A model generated the notes under the pieces. That model was not told the origin of the DNA. It saw only the letters and a program-made list of their open reading frames with translations, and did no database searches. A program made the translations under genes and the position numbers. Source: Anaerohalosphaeraceae bacterium (GTDB lineage: Bacteria; Planctomycetota; Phycisphaerae; Sedimentisphaerales; Anaerohalosphaeraceae). Taken from it: DNA of 64,000 nt. Of this stretch, positions 1-7,916 are shown in pieces (the first letter of the stretch is position 1; each line of letters begins with the position of its first letter). The DNA lies in the NCBI GenBank assembly GCA_963675525.2, contig CAXXSL010000013.1:480001-544000 (forward strand). The letters are read 5' to 3'.

Positions 1-758
1 CCGGCTTTTTCGTCGATGGCATAGGTCTTATCCGACAGTGTATCGCGAAGCTTGCCCAACTTCGGGTCCAGCTTTGCAAGAAAATCTTTCGCGGGATAGC
101 CACCCCATTCATCATTGAACATCGCCTTATGTCCGGCTGCACATCGGCAGCGTTTCACTTTGCCCGGATGATCAGTGCCGGTTAATACGCCGGTAATCCA
201 GTCAGCATGTTCGACCCATGTATGGGCCGCATCGAACACTTTCGAATCAATCCGCAGGCAATGCAGGAGTTTACTGAAAAACCATTCGGATGAATAGATG
301 CCGCCGCACTTGGCAAGGTATTCGGGATGGTCCTTCTCAGCCAGCCTGGTAATCTCCGCGGCTTCGGCATGTCCGGTATGGTCTTTCCAAAGCCACACAT
401 AGGCGTTGAGGTTGTCTTTGAATTCCGCCTTCAGTGCCAGCGGAATGCCAGCGGCATCCACCGGAATGGGCGTTGAACCGGTGGTATCGACACCAATACC
501 AATAATTTGTGAGGGGTCAAAAGACGGGTCGGCTTTTTTTGCCTGAGCCATTGCGCCGCTGATGGTAACTTCAATACCCTTGAGATAATCGGCCGGGTTT
601 TGCCGGGCCACATTATGGTCCGAAGGGTCCAGCATGATGCCCGCCTGACCTGTTTCGTATTCATACACACAGGTCCCCAACTCACGACCATCGTTAGTAT
701 CGACAATTAATCCACGAACCGAATTGGTGCCATAATCGAGGCCAATTGTGTAAGCCAT
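1..758 (-). CDS. araB: Ribulokinase (FGGY sugar kinase), N-terminal part, runs off window start
   Basis: Manual translation of the minus strand from ATG at 758 gives MAYTIGLDYGTNSVRGLIVD...ARQNPADY...GIGVDTTGSTPIPVD...WLWKDHT...GGIYSSEWFFSK...CAAGHKAMF, typical of AraB. RBS AGGAGGT lies upstream. It is missing from the ORF track because it has no stop in the window. Confidence 0.9.
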   Translation of the reverse strand, partial: MAYTIGLDYGTNSVRGLIVDTNDGRELGTCVYEYETGQAGIMLDPSDHNVARQNPADYLKGIEVTISGAMAQAKKADPSFDPSQIIGIGVDTTGSTPIPVDAAGIPLALKAEFKDNLNAYVWLWKDHTGHAEAAEITRLAEKDHPEYLAKCGGIYSSEWFFSKLLHCLRIDSKVFDAAHTWVEHADWITGVLTGTDHPGKVKRCRCAAGHKAMFNDEWGGYPAKDFLAKLDPKLGKLRDTLSDKTYAIDEKA

Positions 759-809
759 TTCGTACTACCTCCTAAAATCAGGGTTCAAGAACTGTATGTT
801 AGAACCGAC

Positions 810-870
810 ATTCTAGTGAGATTAGACTTGATTGCAAGTCCAATTTGCGGTAAATTATAACCAGTTTGCG
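810..870 (-). promoter_or_regulatory. Putative araB promoter (TTGCAA-16-TAGAAT) with upstream direct repeats CCA(A/G)TTTGCG at 21-bp period, a likely AraC/XylR-type site
   Basis: ccaatttgcg at 840-849 and ccagtttgcg at 861-870; -35 at 832-837 and -10 at 810-815 on the minus strand; a divergent XylR-family gene is adjacent. Confidence 0.55.
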
Positions 871-902
871 AAAAAACATGATTTATTAATACTGAAAAAG
901 CC

Positions 903-2054
903 ATGCGTAAAGTCATCATTATGATCGATACGGCCCGCGCTTCCGGCAGGAAATTCCTGCGGGGCATCGAGCGGTATCTTCGAGCAAACCCCCATTGGGA
1001 AGTCTGCCTGCAACCACCCCACTATCTACCTGATCAGAATTTTAACGCTCGTTCCTGGTTCCATCTGCAGGATGCCGATGGCCTGATCTCACGTGATTCC
1101 CCGCACGCAGCCAATTTCTTGAATCTGAATATTCCCAAAATTATCGATGACACAAAATATGAAGATCCGGGGACATCGATTGTCTATACGAATTCTAAAA
1201 AGACCGGTGAAATGGCCGCCCGGTATTTTATCGGGCTGGGTTTCAAGCACTTCGCGTTTTGCGGTTTTGAAGGGCTTAACTGGTCGGAACAGCGTTACAA
1301 AATGTTTTCTGGCTGTCTTAGGGAGAACGGGCTTAGCAGCATCTTTAATTATCACGACTGGCCGGGTTGCACGCAACAGACCGAAACGGAACGCTTGAAT
1401 ATTGCCGAATGGCTCAAGACGCTGCCCAAGCCCGTGTGTGTGTTTGCCTGTAACGACGACCGGGGCGTCTATATTCTCGAAGCCTGCAAAATCGTCGGAT
1501 TAAAAGTGCCTGAGGAGGTTGCGGTGCTTGGTGCAGACAATGATGAGCTGACGTGTGATCTTTTGTCGCCGCCGTTGTCCAGTATTGAGCTGAATTTTGA
1601 GCGAGGCGGTTTTGAAACCGCTCAATTACTGGACGAGTTGATGCGTCACGAAAAATCATCACGCGATATTGTGATCGACCCCATCGATATCATTACACGG
1701 CAATCGACAAATGTTTTTTCGGTCGATGACGAGGAGGTTGCTATGGCACTGCGATTTATCCGGGAACATTACAACAATCCGATCCAGGTCAAAGATGTCG
1801 TTGCGGCCACGGTTCTGTCACGACGGGACCTTGAATTGAAATTCAAGAATAAACTGAGGCGGTCCATCAAAGATGAGATCAATCGGCTGCGTATCGAATC
1901 GGTCAAACGAAAACTGATCAACTCCAGTGACACGATTTACAACATCGCCGCGACGCTCAACTATACGGACCCTCAACATTTCTCTCGCTTTTTCAAACAA
2001 GTGGCAGGCTGTAGCCCCAGTCAGTTCCGCCAACTCAACAAGCCTTTTACATAG
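903..2054 (+). CDS. XylR-family transcriptional regulator (periplasmic-binding/LacI-type sensor plus C-terminal AraC HTH)
   Basis: Motifs LPKPVCVFACND and VPEEVAVLGADND...PPLSSIE; C-terminal AraC signature HFSRFFKQVAGCSPSQFR. Confidence 0.9.
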   Translation: MRKVIIMIDTARASGRKFLRGIERYLRANPHWEVCLQPPHYLPDQNFNARSWFHLQDADGLISRDSPHAANFLNLNIPKIIDDTKYEDPGTSIVYTNSKKTGEMAARYFIGLGFKHFAFCGFEGLNWSEQRYKMFSGCLRENGLSSIFNYHDWPGCTQQTETERLNIAEWLKTLPKPVCVFACNDDRGVYILEACKIVGLKVPEEVAVLGADNDELTCDLLSPPLSSIELNFERGGFETAQLLDELMRHEKSSRDIVIDPIDIITRQSTNVFSVDDEEVAMALRFIREHYNNPIQVKDVVAATVLSRRDLELKFKNKLRRSIKDEINRLRIESVKRKLINSSDTIYNIAATLNYTDPQHFSRFFKQVAGCSPSQFRQLNKPFT

Positions 2055-2212
2055 CAAAATAACTCGGTGGCCGAGTGTTTTCTCGACCCCGGGGACAGGA
2101 CACTCAGTTATACTGTTTTTTCATGACGATGATACTGCTTGCCGAGAGGATAACACTGCAACCATCCAATAAACTCAGCCATTTACTCATTTTGTCCAAT
2201 TCCCTATTGGGG

Positions 2213-2254
2213 AAAAAACAAAAAGCCTCATTTTCGAAGGTGAAAATGAGGCTT
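2213..2254 (-). terminator. Rho-independent terminator of tRNA-Val
   Basis: Stem AAGCCTCATTTTC/GAAAATGAGGCTT followed on the minus strand by a T-rich tail (TTGTTTTTT). Confidence 0.75.
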
Positions 2255-2260
2255 CTTGAA

Positions 2261-2334
2261 TGGGCGCTGAGGGACTTGAACCCCCGACATCCTGCTTGTA
2301 AGGCAGGCACTCTAGCCAACTGAGTTAAGCGCCC
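2261..2334 (-). tRNA. tRNA-Val(TAC)
   Basis: Reverse complement GGGCGCTTAACTCAGTTGGCTAGAGTGCCTGCCT-TAC-AAGCAGGATGTCGGGGGTTCAAGTCCCTCAGCGCCCA folds as a cloverleaf; CCA is not encoded. Confidence 0.95.
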
Positions 2335-2345
2335 GGAAGGTGCGT

Positions 2346-2374
2346 ACTATACGGAGTTGGGGCGGCCCTGTCAA
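2346..2374 (-). promoter_or_regulatory. Sigma70 promoter for tRNA-Val (TTGACA-17-TATAGT)
   Basis: Near-consensus hexamers with a 17-bp spacer just upstream of the tRNA. Confidence 0.75.
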
Positions 2375-2405
2375 CCTTTTTAGTCTGTGAAAATGAGGAT
2401 TTTGG

Positions 2406-2433
2406 TTGAAAACAGCTTTTCTCCGGATACAAT
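2406..2433 (+). promoter_or_regulatory. Sigma70 promoter for tRNA-Ala (TTGAAA-16-TACAAT)
   Basis: Hexamers lie upstream of the tRNA, divergent from the tRNA-Val promoter. Confidence 0.55.
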
Positions 2434-2449
2434 AAGCGAAACCCATGAC

Positions 2450-2520
2450 GGGGCTGTCGTATAATGGGAGTACACCGCGGTCGCATCGCGGGGATGAGGG
2501 TTCGATTCCCTCCAGCTCCA
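2450..2520 (+). tRNA. tRNA-Ala(CGC)
   Basis: Acceptor stem GGGGCTG/CAGCTCC with G3:U70; anticodon arm CCGCG-GTCGCAT-CGCGG; T-arm GAGGG-TTCGATT-CCCTC; discriminator A. Confidence 0.9.
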
Positions 2521-2616
2521 GTCCTCACCAATCATTCCCTGTTTTGCTGGATTTTCTCGCCGGAGTGGATATACTTTGGATATTTGAAACAGCAATATCA
2601 TGATAGGAGATAAATC

Positions 2617-3807
2617 ATGGCAAAGGTATTGATTATTGGTGCCGGCGGAGTCAGTAACGTGGTTGTTCATAAATGTGCGCAGGTCAGCGAGGTGTTCGAC
2701 GAAATCGTGCTGGCCAGCCGGACAAAGTCCAAATGCGACGCAATTGCCGCCTCGCTGAATCGCCCGATTGTGACCGAGCAGGTGGATGCCGACGACGTGC
2801 CGCAGATGGTCGCGCTGATCAAAAAGCACAAACCGGACTTAGTGCTGAACGTCGCCCTCCCGTATCAGGATCTGCCGATAATGGACGCGTGCCTGGAAAC
2901 CGGTGTCGATTATCTCGACACGGCCAATTATGAACCCATCGACGAGGCCAAGTTTGAATACAAGTGGCAATGGGCCTATCAGGAGCGTTTCAAAGAAGCC
3001 GGCATCATGGCACTGCTGGGCAGCGGATTCGATCCCGGCGTGACAAACGTGTTCTGTGCGTATGCGCAAAAGCATTACTTTGACGAGATTCACACCGTCG
3101 ATATCGTTGACTGCAACGCCGGCGAGCACGGCCATCCCTTTGCCACGAACTTCAACCCGGAAATCAACATCCGTGAAATCACACAAAAGGGAAAGTACTG
3201 GGAAGACGGCCAGTGGAAGGAAATCGAGCCGATGAGTGTCTCACTCGACGTGGACTATCCGGAAGTCGGCCCCAAACGGTCGTACCTGTTGTATCATGAG
3301 GAACTCGAATCGCTGGTTAAGCACATTAAGGGCCTCAAACGCATCCGTTTCTGGATGACATTCGGACAGGCGTATATCACCCACCTGCAGGTCCTGCAGA
3401 ATGTCGGCATGACCAGTATCGTTCCCGTGGAATACGAGGGGCACCAGATCGTACCGCTGCAATTTTTGAAAGCGGTGCTGCCGGACCCGGGAAGTCTGGG
3501 AACCAACTACACCGGCAAGACCTGCATCGGCTGTATCTTTGACGGTATCAAAGACGGCAAACAGAAAAATTTGATGATTTACAACGTCTGCGACCATGCC
3601 GAATGCTTCAAGGAAACCGGCGCACAGGCCGTGTCCTATACCACCGGCGTGCCCGCCATGATCGGCGCCAAGATGATGCTCACCGGAAAATGGAAAAAAG
3701 CAGGCGTTTGGCACATGGAGCAATTCGACCCCGATCCCTTCATGGACGATTTAAATAAATACGGCCTGCCCTGGAAAGTATTGGAAGGAAAAACTCTGGA
3801 GAGCTAA
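2617..3807 (+). CDS. Saccharopine dehydrogenase-family protein, likely carboxy(nor)spermidine dehydrogenase
   Basis: Rossmann motif IIGAGGV, plus NVALPYQDL, YLDTANYE, GSGFDPGVTNVF, FATNFNPEINIRE and QAVSYTTGVP. Confidence 0.9.
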   Translation: MAKVLIIGAGGVSNVVVHKCAQVSEVFDEIVLASRTKSKCDAIAASLNRPIVTEQVDADDVPQMVALIKKHKPDLVLNVALPYQDLPIMDACLETGVDYLDTANYEPIDEAKFEYKWQWAYQERFKEAGIMALLGSGFDPGVTNVFCAYAQKHYFDEIHTVDIVDCNAGEHGHPFATNFNPEINIREITQKGKYWEDGQWKEIEPMSVSLDVDYPEVGPKRSYLLYHEELESLVKHIKGLKRIRFWMTFGQAYITHLQVLQNVGMTSIVPVEYEGHQIVPLQFLKAVLPDPGSLGTNYTGKTCIGCIFDGIKDGKQKNLMIYNVCDHAECFKETGAQAVSYTTGVPAMIGAKMMLTGKWKKAGVWHMEQFDPDPFMDDLNKYGLPWKVLEGKTLES

Positions 3808-3813
3808 AAATCT

Positions 3814-4218
3814 ATGACAGAGAAACAAAGAAAAATAATCCATATAATCGCCTTTGCTATTGGGATTATTTCCTTATTTCTATTCTTTAAGGGACTCTAT
3901 CTTTGGGCGGGCATCGGAATTATTTTGATGGGTGTTATCTTCACATGTATCAAAGTCCATGGTGGTGAATTGAATATCGTCATTGGTTTAATGCCAATTT
4001 TAATTCAGTTTCAACAAATGACACTGCTTGGTTTTTTGTCAATCATTGTTATGTTGGCGGGGATTTATGATTTGATTATGATTATTCAAATCAGAAAAGA
4101 TTTGAAGGTCAATGGAAGTATAAAGGATCGGAAAGCATTCAATGAGAGTTTTCGTGAAAAAGAATTATTTCACCGGCTTTTCGTTAAACTCGGAAAACTG
4201 TTGGCCTTGAATAAATAG
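3814..4218 (+). CDS. Hypothetical membrane protein (AT-rich accessory gene)
   Basis: 134-aa ORF with about 4 hydrophobic segments; its stop TAG overlaps the following repeat. Confidence 0.7.
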   Translation: MTEKQRKIIHIIAFAIGIISLFLFFKGLYLWAGIGIILMGVIFTCIKVHGGELNIVIGLMPILIQFQQMTLLGFLSIIVMLAGIYDLIMIIQIRKDLKVNGSIKDRKAFNESFREKELFHRLFVKLGKLLALNK

Positions 4219-4297
4219 CCCCTTGGGGCGAAATATTGTAGCCCCACCCGTCAGGGTGGGACCAGGAAATAGTAATAAACTAAGCCGAGCCCGTGGG
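4216..4297 (+). repeat. Three-hairpin REP-like element (third hairpin truncated)
   Basis: TAGCCCC-TT-GGGGC GAAATATTGTAG CCCCACCC-GTCA-GGGTGGG; closely similar to the copy at 6547-6643. Confidence 0.8.
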
Positions 4298-4325
4298 AGT
4301 AGTGATTCTTTTAAGGAGAAATATT

Positions 4326-5282
4326 ATGGAGCGTATTAACCTGTTATGTCTGTTGTGTTTGGTGATCTTTGGAATTTCCTGTGCCTACGCCGAATCAATC
4401 GAAGCCGACCTCATTCAGCAGCCAGCGTACCATGCCGAGTTGGTCTGGCAGACGGAAGCTGTCTTCCACACACCTGAAGCCGTGCTTTATGACCCCGGGC
4501 GGGATGTGCTGTATGTCAGCAACCACCGCAGGACCGATCCGAATCTGCCCGGCGAATTCATTTCCCGTGTCGATACCGACGGGAACATACTGGACCTGAA
4601 ATGGATAACCGGACTGAACCGTCCCACAGGATTAACCATCTACAAGGACAAGCTGTATGTCGTGGAACGCACGAACCTGGTGTGTATTGATATCGATACC
4701 GCACGGATTGAGAAACGTTATCCCATTACGGAGACGGGTTTTCCCAACGACGTGGTCTTTGATCCCGATGGGGTCGGCTACATTTCGTACAGCGGAAGCG
4801 ACAGCAAGGCGCCAGTGTATCGCTTTAAGGATGAACGAATTGAACCGTGGCTTTCAAACGAGCAACTGCTGCAGCCCAATGGCCTGTTGATAGAGGGCGA
4901 GCATTTAGTCGCCTATGATCATAACCGTAAGGCTCTCGTTCGTATTCACCGCGACAGCCAAACGGTCGAGGAAATCGCGAAAATTGACCCACACCCCAAA
5001 GGGATGGGCGACGGTCTGGTAAAACTGGACGCAAACACGTATCTCCTAACAGCATGGGGCGGCCCGAGCTGGATTGTCGAGCAGACCGGGCGTATTACCG
5101 AATACGTCAACACCGAGACATTAACACGGGACGAGGAAAAACAAGTCAATAATGCGGACATCGGCCTGATACCGCAAAAACATCTGTTGATCATCCCGAC
5201 ATTCTTTAACCATCGACTATTGGCATATAAATGGTCCAAAAACCACACGCCGGACGCTGCCGATACTACGGACACGCCCTGA
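4326..5282 (+). CDS. Secreted SMP-30/gluconolactonase/LRE-family beta-propeller protein
   Basis: Signal peptide; motifs PEAVLYD, YVSN, GLNRPTGL, FPNDV, PNGL, GDGL, ADIG; RBS AAGGAG before ATG at 4326. Confidence 0.8.
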   Translation: MERINLLCLLCLVIFGISCAYAESIEADLIQQPAYHAELVWQTEAVFHTPEAVLYDPGRDVLYVSNHRRTDPNLPGEFISRVDTDGNILDLKWITGLNRPTGLTIYKDKLYVVERTNLVCIDIDTARIEKRYPITETGFPNDVVFDPDGVGYISYSGSDSKAPVYRFKDERIEPWLSNEQLLQPNGLLIEGEHLVAYDHNRKALVRIHRDSQTVEEIAKIDPHPKGMGDGLVKLDANTYLLTAWGGPSWIVEQTGRITEYVNTETLTRDEEKQVNNADIGLIPQKHLLIIPTFFNHRLLAYKWSKNHTPDAADTTDTP

Positions 5283-5315
5283 AAAACATTAGAAGGAAAA
5301 ATACTAGAGGATTAG
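5277..5315 (+). pseudogene. Orphan diverged copy of the 3' end of the carboxyspermidine dehydrogenase gene
   Basis: ccc tga aaa aca tta gaa gga aaa ata cta gag gat tag (P*KTLEGKILED*) versus the gene end ccc tgg aaa gta ttg gaa gga aaa act ctg gag agc taa (PWKVLEGKTLES*). Confidence 0.65.
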
Positions 5316-5349
5316 AAACAGCAGATTATAACGAAAAGAGTTCAGGAAG

Positions 5350-5829
5350 ATGAGAAAAAGGGCCAGGTTTGTTATTAAAGTAGCATGTATTTTACTTGCG
5401 TGTTGGTTGTTTTATAAAATCGCAATATTCTGTTGGTTTTTAAGTGGTTGTGTTCAGTCAGATGTTGTCAAAAGAATTCAATCGCCCGATAGGACGAAGA
5501 TGGCTCTTTTGGTCAGAAGACATGCCCTTGTTGATTTGAATTTTCTTGTTAAGCTCGAGGAAGATAATTCTACAGAAACGTTACATTTTTCCAAAGATTT
5601 TGGAGCGGATTTTTTTGCTGATTGGAATGAAAAGCTAATCTGGTCTAATGATTCCAGTTTCCTCATGATGATGGTTGATGATATTAATCAAAATAACCAA
5701 AAGTATATGTGGGCTTATGACTTTAAAGACAACAAAGAATACACAGACGAAGACGAAACTGTGATTATGGAAATATTAAAGACAAGAAATGAGGGCAAAG
5801 AAAACCCAATAGAGGCTCGGTATAAATAG
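5350..5829 (+). CDS. Hypothetical membrane-anchored or lipoprotein-like protein (AT-rich)
   Basis: 159-aa ORF with a hydrophobic N-terminus, LSGC and an SPD motif; its stop TAG overlaps the following repeat. Confidence 0.7.
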   Translation: MRKRARFVIKVACILLACWLFYKIAIFCWFLSGCVQSDVVKRIQSPDRTKMALLVRRHALVDLNFLVKLEEDNSTETLHFSKDFGADFFADWNEKLIWSNDSSFLMMMVDDINQNNQKYMWAYDFKDNKEYTDEDETVIMEILKTRNEGKENPIEARYK

Positions 5830-5923
5830 CCCATTAGGGTATTATGTTATAGCCTCGCCCGTGAGGGCGTGGGGAAAAGGGGCCAACGCAACCCACATTC
5901 AAGCCCGCGCAGCGGGCGGCATA
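5827..5923 (+). repeat. Three-hairpin REP-like element, left flank of the Y1 transposase
   Basis: TAGCCC-ATTA-GGGT..ATGTTATAGCCTCGCCC-GTGA-GGGCGTGG...AAGCCCGC-GCA-GCGGGCGGCATA. Confidence 0.8.
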
Positions 5924-5934
5924 GAAAGGAGACT

Positions 5935-6387
5935 ATGGGGCATACCTATTCAAACAACCTGTTTCACATTATCTTCAGCACGAAAGACCGCCGCGGGTTA
6001 TTGGCAGACAAGAACAGAGACGAAATACATCGTTACATTACAGGAATTATTCGGAATCTGGATTGTACCTTGCTGAGAATCAACTCCGTCAGCAACCACG
6101 CACACCTGCTGTGCAAAATTAAACCATCCATTGCCGTTTCGGATTTCGTCAGCAAAGTAAAATCAAACTCATCCCGCTGGATGAAAGAACATTTTGAGTT
6201 ACCCTTTGGCTTTCAATGGCAAAGCGGATTCTCGAGTTTCAGCGTCAGTGAATCGGCCGCCGAACACGTTATTCGTTATATCGAAAGCCAGCAGGAACAT
6301 CATAAAACTGTTACTTTCGAGGAGGAATTAAAATCGTTTTTGGACAAACATGGGATTAATTATGACCCGATGCATTATCTGGATTGA
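5935..6387 (+). mobile_element. tnpA: IS200/IS605-family Y1 (HUH) transposase, stand-alone, REP-associated (RAYT-like)
   Basis: HIIFSTKDR, HUH motif NHAHLL, VKSNSSRW, FQWQSGFSSFSVS and catalytic Tyr in YIESQQEHH; RBS AAGGAG; no tnpB nearby. Confidence 0.92.
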
Positions 6388-6390
6388 GTA

Positions 6391-6487
6391 TATTCCGCCC
6401 GCTGCGCGGGCTTAGGAGGAGGAATTGAAACTCTTAACCCACGGGCTTATGCCCGAGGCTCCAACATTGCGCCTCCTATGGAGGCTA
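6391..6487 (-). repeat. Three-hairpin REP-like element, right flank of tnpA, inverted
   Basis: 6395-6413 is the exact reverse complement of 5901-5919 (19 bp). The whole unit on the minus strand reads TAGCCTCC-ATA-GGAGGC..AATGTTGGAGCCTCGGGC-ATAA-GCCCGTGG...AAGCCCGCGCAGCGGGCGG. Confidence 0.85.
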
Positions 6488-6546
6488 AAAAATACGCCCG
6501 TAAAAAAAATCTGCCTGCTGTAGGTTGGAGAATACGATCACATAAA

Positions 6547-6643
6547 AGGCCTCATCAGAGGCCGATATATTGTAGCCCCACCCGTAAGGGTGGGGATAAG
6601 AAATCACGCAACAAAATGAAGAGCCCCCGCAGGGGGCGATATA
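6547..6643 (+). repeat. Three-hairpin REP-like element
   Basis: AGGCCTC-ATCA-GAGGCC GATATATTGTAG CCCCACCC-GTAA-GGGTGGGG...GAGCCCCC-GCA-GGGGGCGATA. Confidence 0.85.
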
Positions 6644-6675
6644 AATAAGATGCCGGCGGAACCTCTTATACCTCT

Positions 6676-7158
6676 CTATTTAATTTCGGACTTGCCGATT
6701 TCCATGATTTCGAAATGTACTTCGCCGCGGGGGACTGTTACCGAGACTTTATCGCCGACGACGTGGTCGAGCAGCGCCTCGCCAACCGGCGAGACAATCG
6801 AAATACTGTCATCGGTCAGGTCGGCGTCATGCGGGCCCAGCAGTTGATAGACGACCCTGCCGCCGGTTTCCAGATTCTTCAGCGTCACCACTGTCCCGAA
6901 CCCGACTTTGTCGCACGGGGCCTGCGTACAATCGACAACCTTTGAAAAGTTCAGTTTGCCCCTGATCTCTCCGAGACGGCCCTCGACAAAGCCCAGTTCC
7001 TGTCGCCCGTAAATATATTCGCCGTTTTCCTTTAAGTCGCCCTGCTCACGCGCTTCTTTAACCCGTTGTCTGACTTCGATAGCTTTCTCTTCCAGTTCGC
7101 TGAGTTCGGCTTTCAGCGATTCATGACCCGTCTGAGAAATCGGCATAATGTCATGCAT
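6676..7158 (-). CDS. greA: Transcription elongation factor GreA
   Basis: AREQGDLKENGEY, VGFGTVVTL and ISIVSPVGEALL; start taken at MHDIMP with RBS GGAG. Confidence 0.92.
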   Translation of the reverse strand: MHDIMPISQTGHESLKAELSELEEKAIEVRQRVKEAREQGDLKENGEYIYGRQELGFVEGRLGEIRGKLNFSKVVDCTQAPCDKVGFGTVVTLKNLETGGRVVYQLLGPHDADLTDDSISIVSPVGEALLDHVVGDKVSVTVPRGEVHFEIMEIGKSEIK

Positions 7159-7447
7159 TCGAACAAATCTCCAAATGTTGGTAACGGTACTATTTTCTAA
7201 AAGCAACACTATAACATATTGTTATGCGGCTGTAAACAATTTTTTGCTATTTCATAAGCAGCGTATGGGGGCCGGAACATTTAATTCTTCACAAAAATAC
7301 TTGATTGTTTTCATTGCATCATGTCCGAAAAGGACTATCATGAAGGTGTCCCGCATTTGGGCGAATAGCTGCGGCCCCATCCGTGAGGGAAATCCCGCAG
7401 GGATTGAATCGTCGTTTTTTAGGAGACAACTGTAGGGAGGTTTGGAA

Positions 7448-7894
7448 ATGAAAGATCGTTTGCGAACAATCGCCGACATCATCGAGTATGCGATCGAGCA
7501 GGAGGCTAAAGCTAACTCGTTTTACAAACATCTGGCGCAGGATGTGGAAAAAGCCGAATTGAAGCGGGCCCTGGAAAATCTCGCAGTCGATGAGTTTCAA
7601 CACAAACTGCGTCTTGAAGGCGTCCGCGACGGGCAGGTCGAACTGATCGAAGAGGAAATCGGTTCGCTGCATATTGCCGAGTCGATCGACGATGTCAAAC
7701 CGCGGCGGAATATGAGCTTCAAGGAACTGCTTGCGTTTGCCATCAAACAAGAATCTGCCGCCCAGAAACTCTATATGAAATTGGCTCAAATAACAAAACG
7801 CCCAAAGGTCAAAGAGATGTTCGTCCTGCTGGCCCAGGAAGAGGCCCGGCACAAGTTGAACCTTGAGATCGAATACGATCTGACGACGTTCTAA
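7448..7894 (+). CDS. Ferritin-like/rubrerythrin-family diiron protein
   Basis: Paired AIxxE...ExxH motifs (AIEQE..DEFQH; AIKQE..EEARH). Confidence 0.85.
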   Translation: MKDRLRTIADIIEYAIEQEAKANSFYKHLAQDVEKAELKRALENLAVDEFQHKLRLEGVRDGQVELIEEEIGSLHIAESIDDVKPRRNMSFKELLAFAIKQESAAQKLYMKLAQITKRPKVKEMFVLLAQEEARHKLNLEIEYDLTTF

Positions 7895-7916
7895 TGCAAC
7901 TAAGGGAGCGATTGTT

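Noticed and set aside
2261..2520. tRNA genes as an integration site for a prophage or island
   Set aside because: I saw no integrase and no duplicated tRNA 3' end in the window.
5869..5934. N-terminal extension of TnpA in the ORF track
   Set aside because: It runs through the REP hairpin; ATG 5935 has a good RBS and matches the family start.
3814..6643. Integron cassette array
   Set aside because: There is no tyrosine-recombinase integrase, and the hairpins lack the RYYYAAC...GTTRRRY attC ends.
6388..6676. tnpB/IscB or omega-RNA system next to tnpA
   Set aside because: No RuvC-type ORF follows; only REP units and the end of greA are present.
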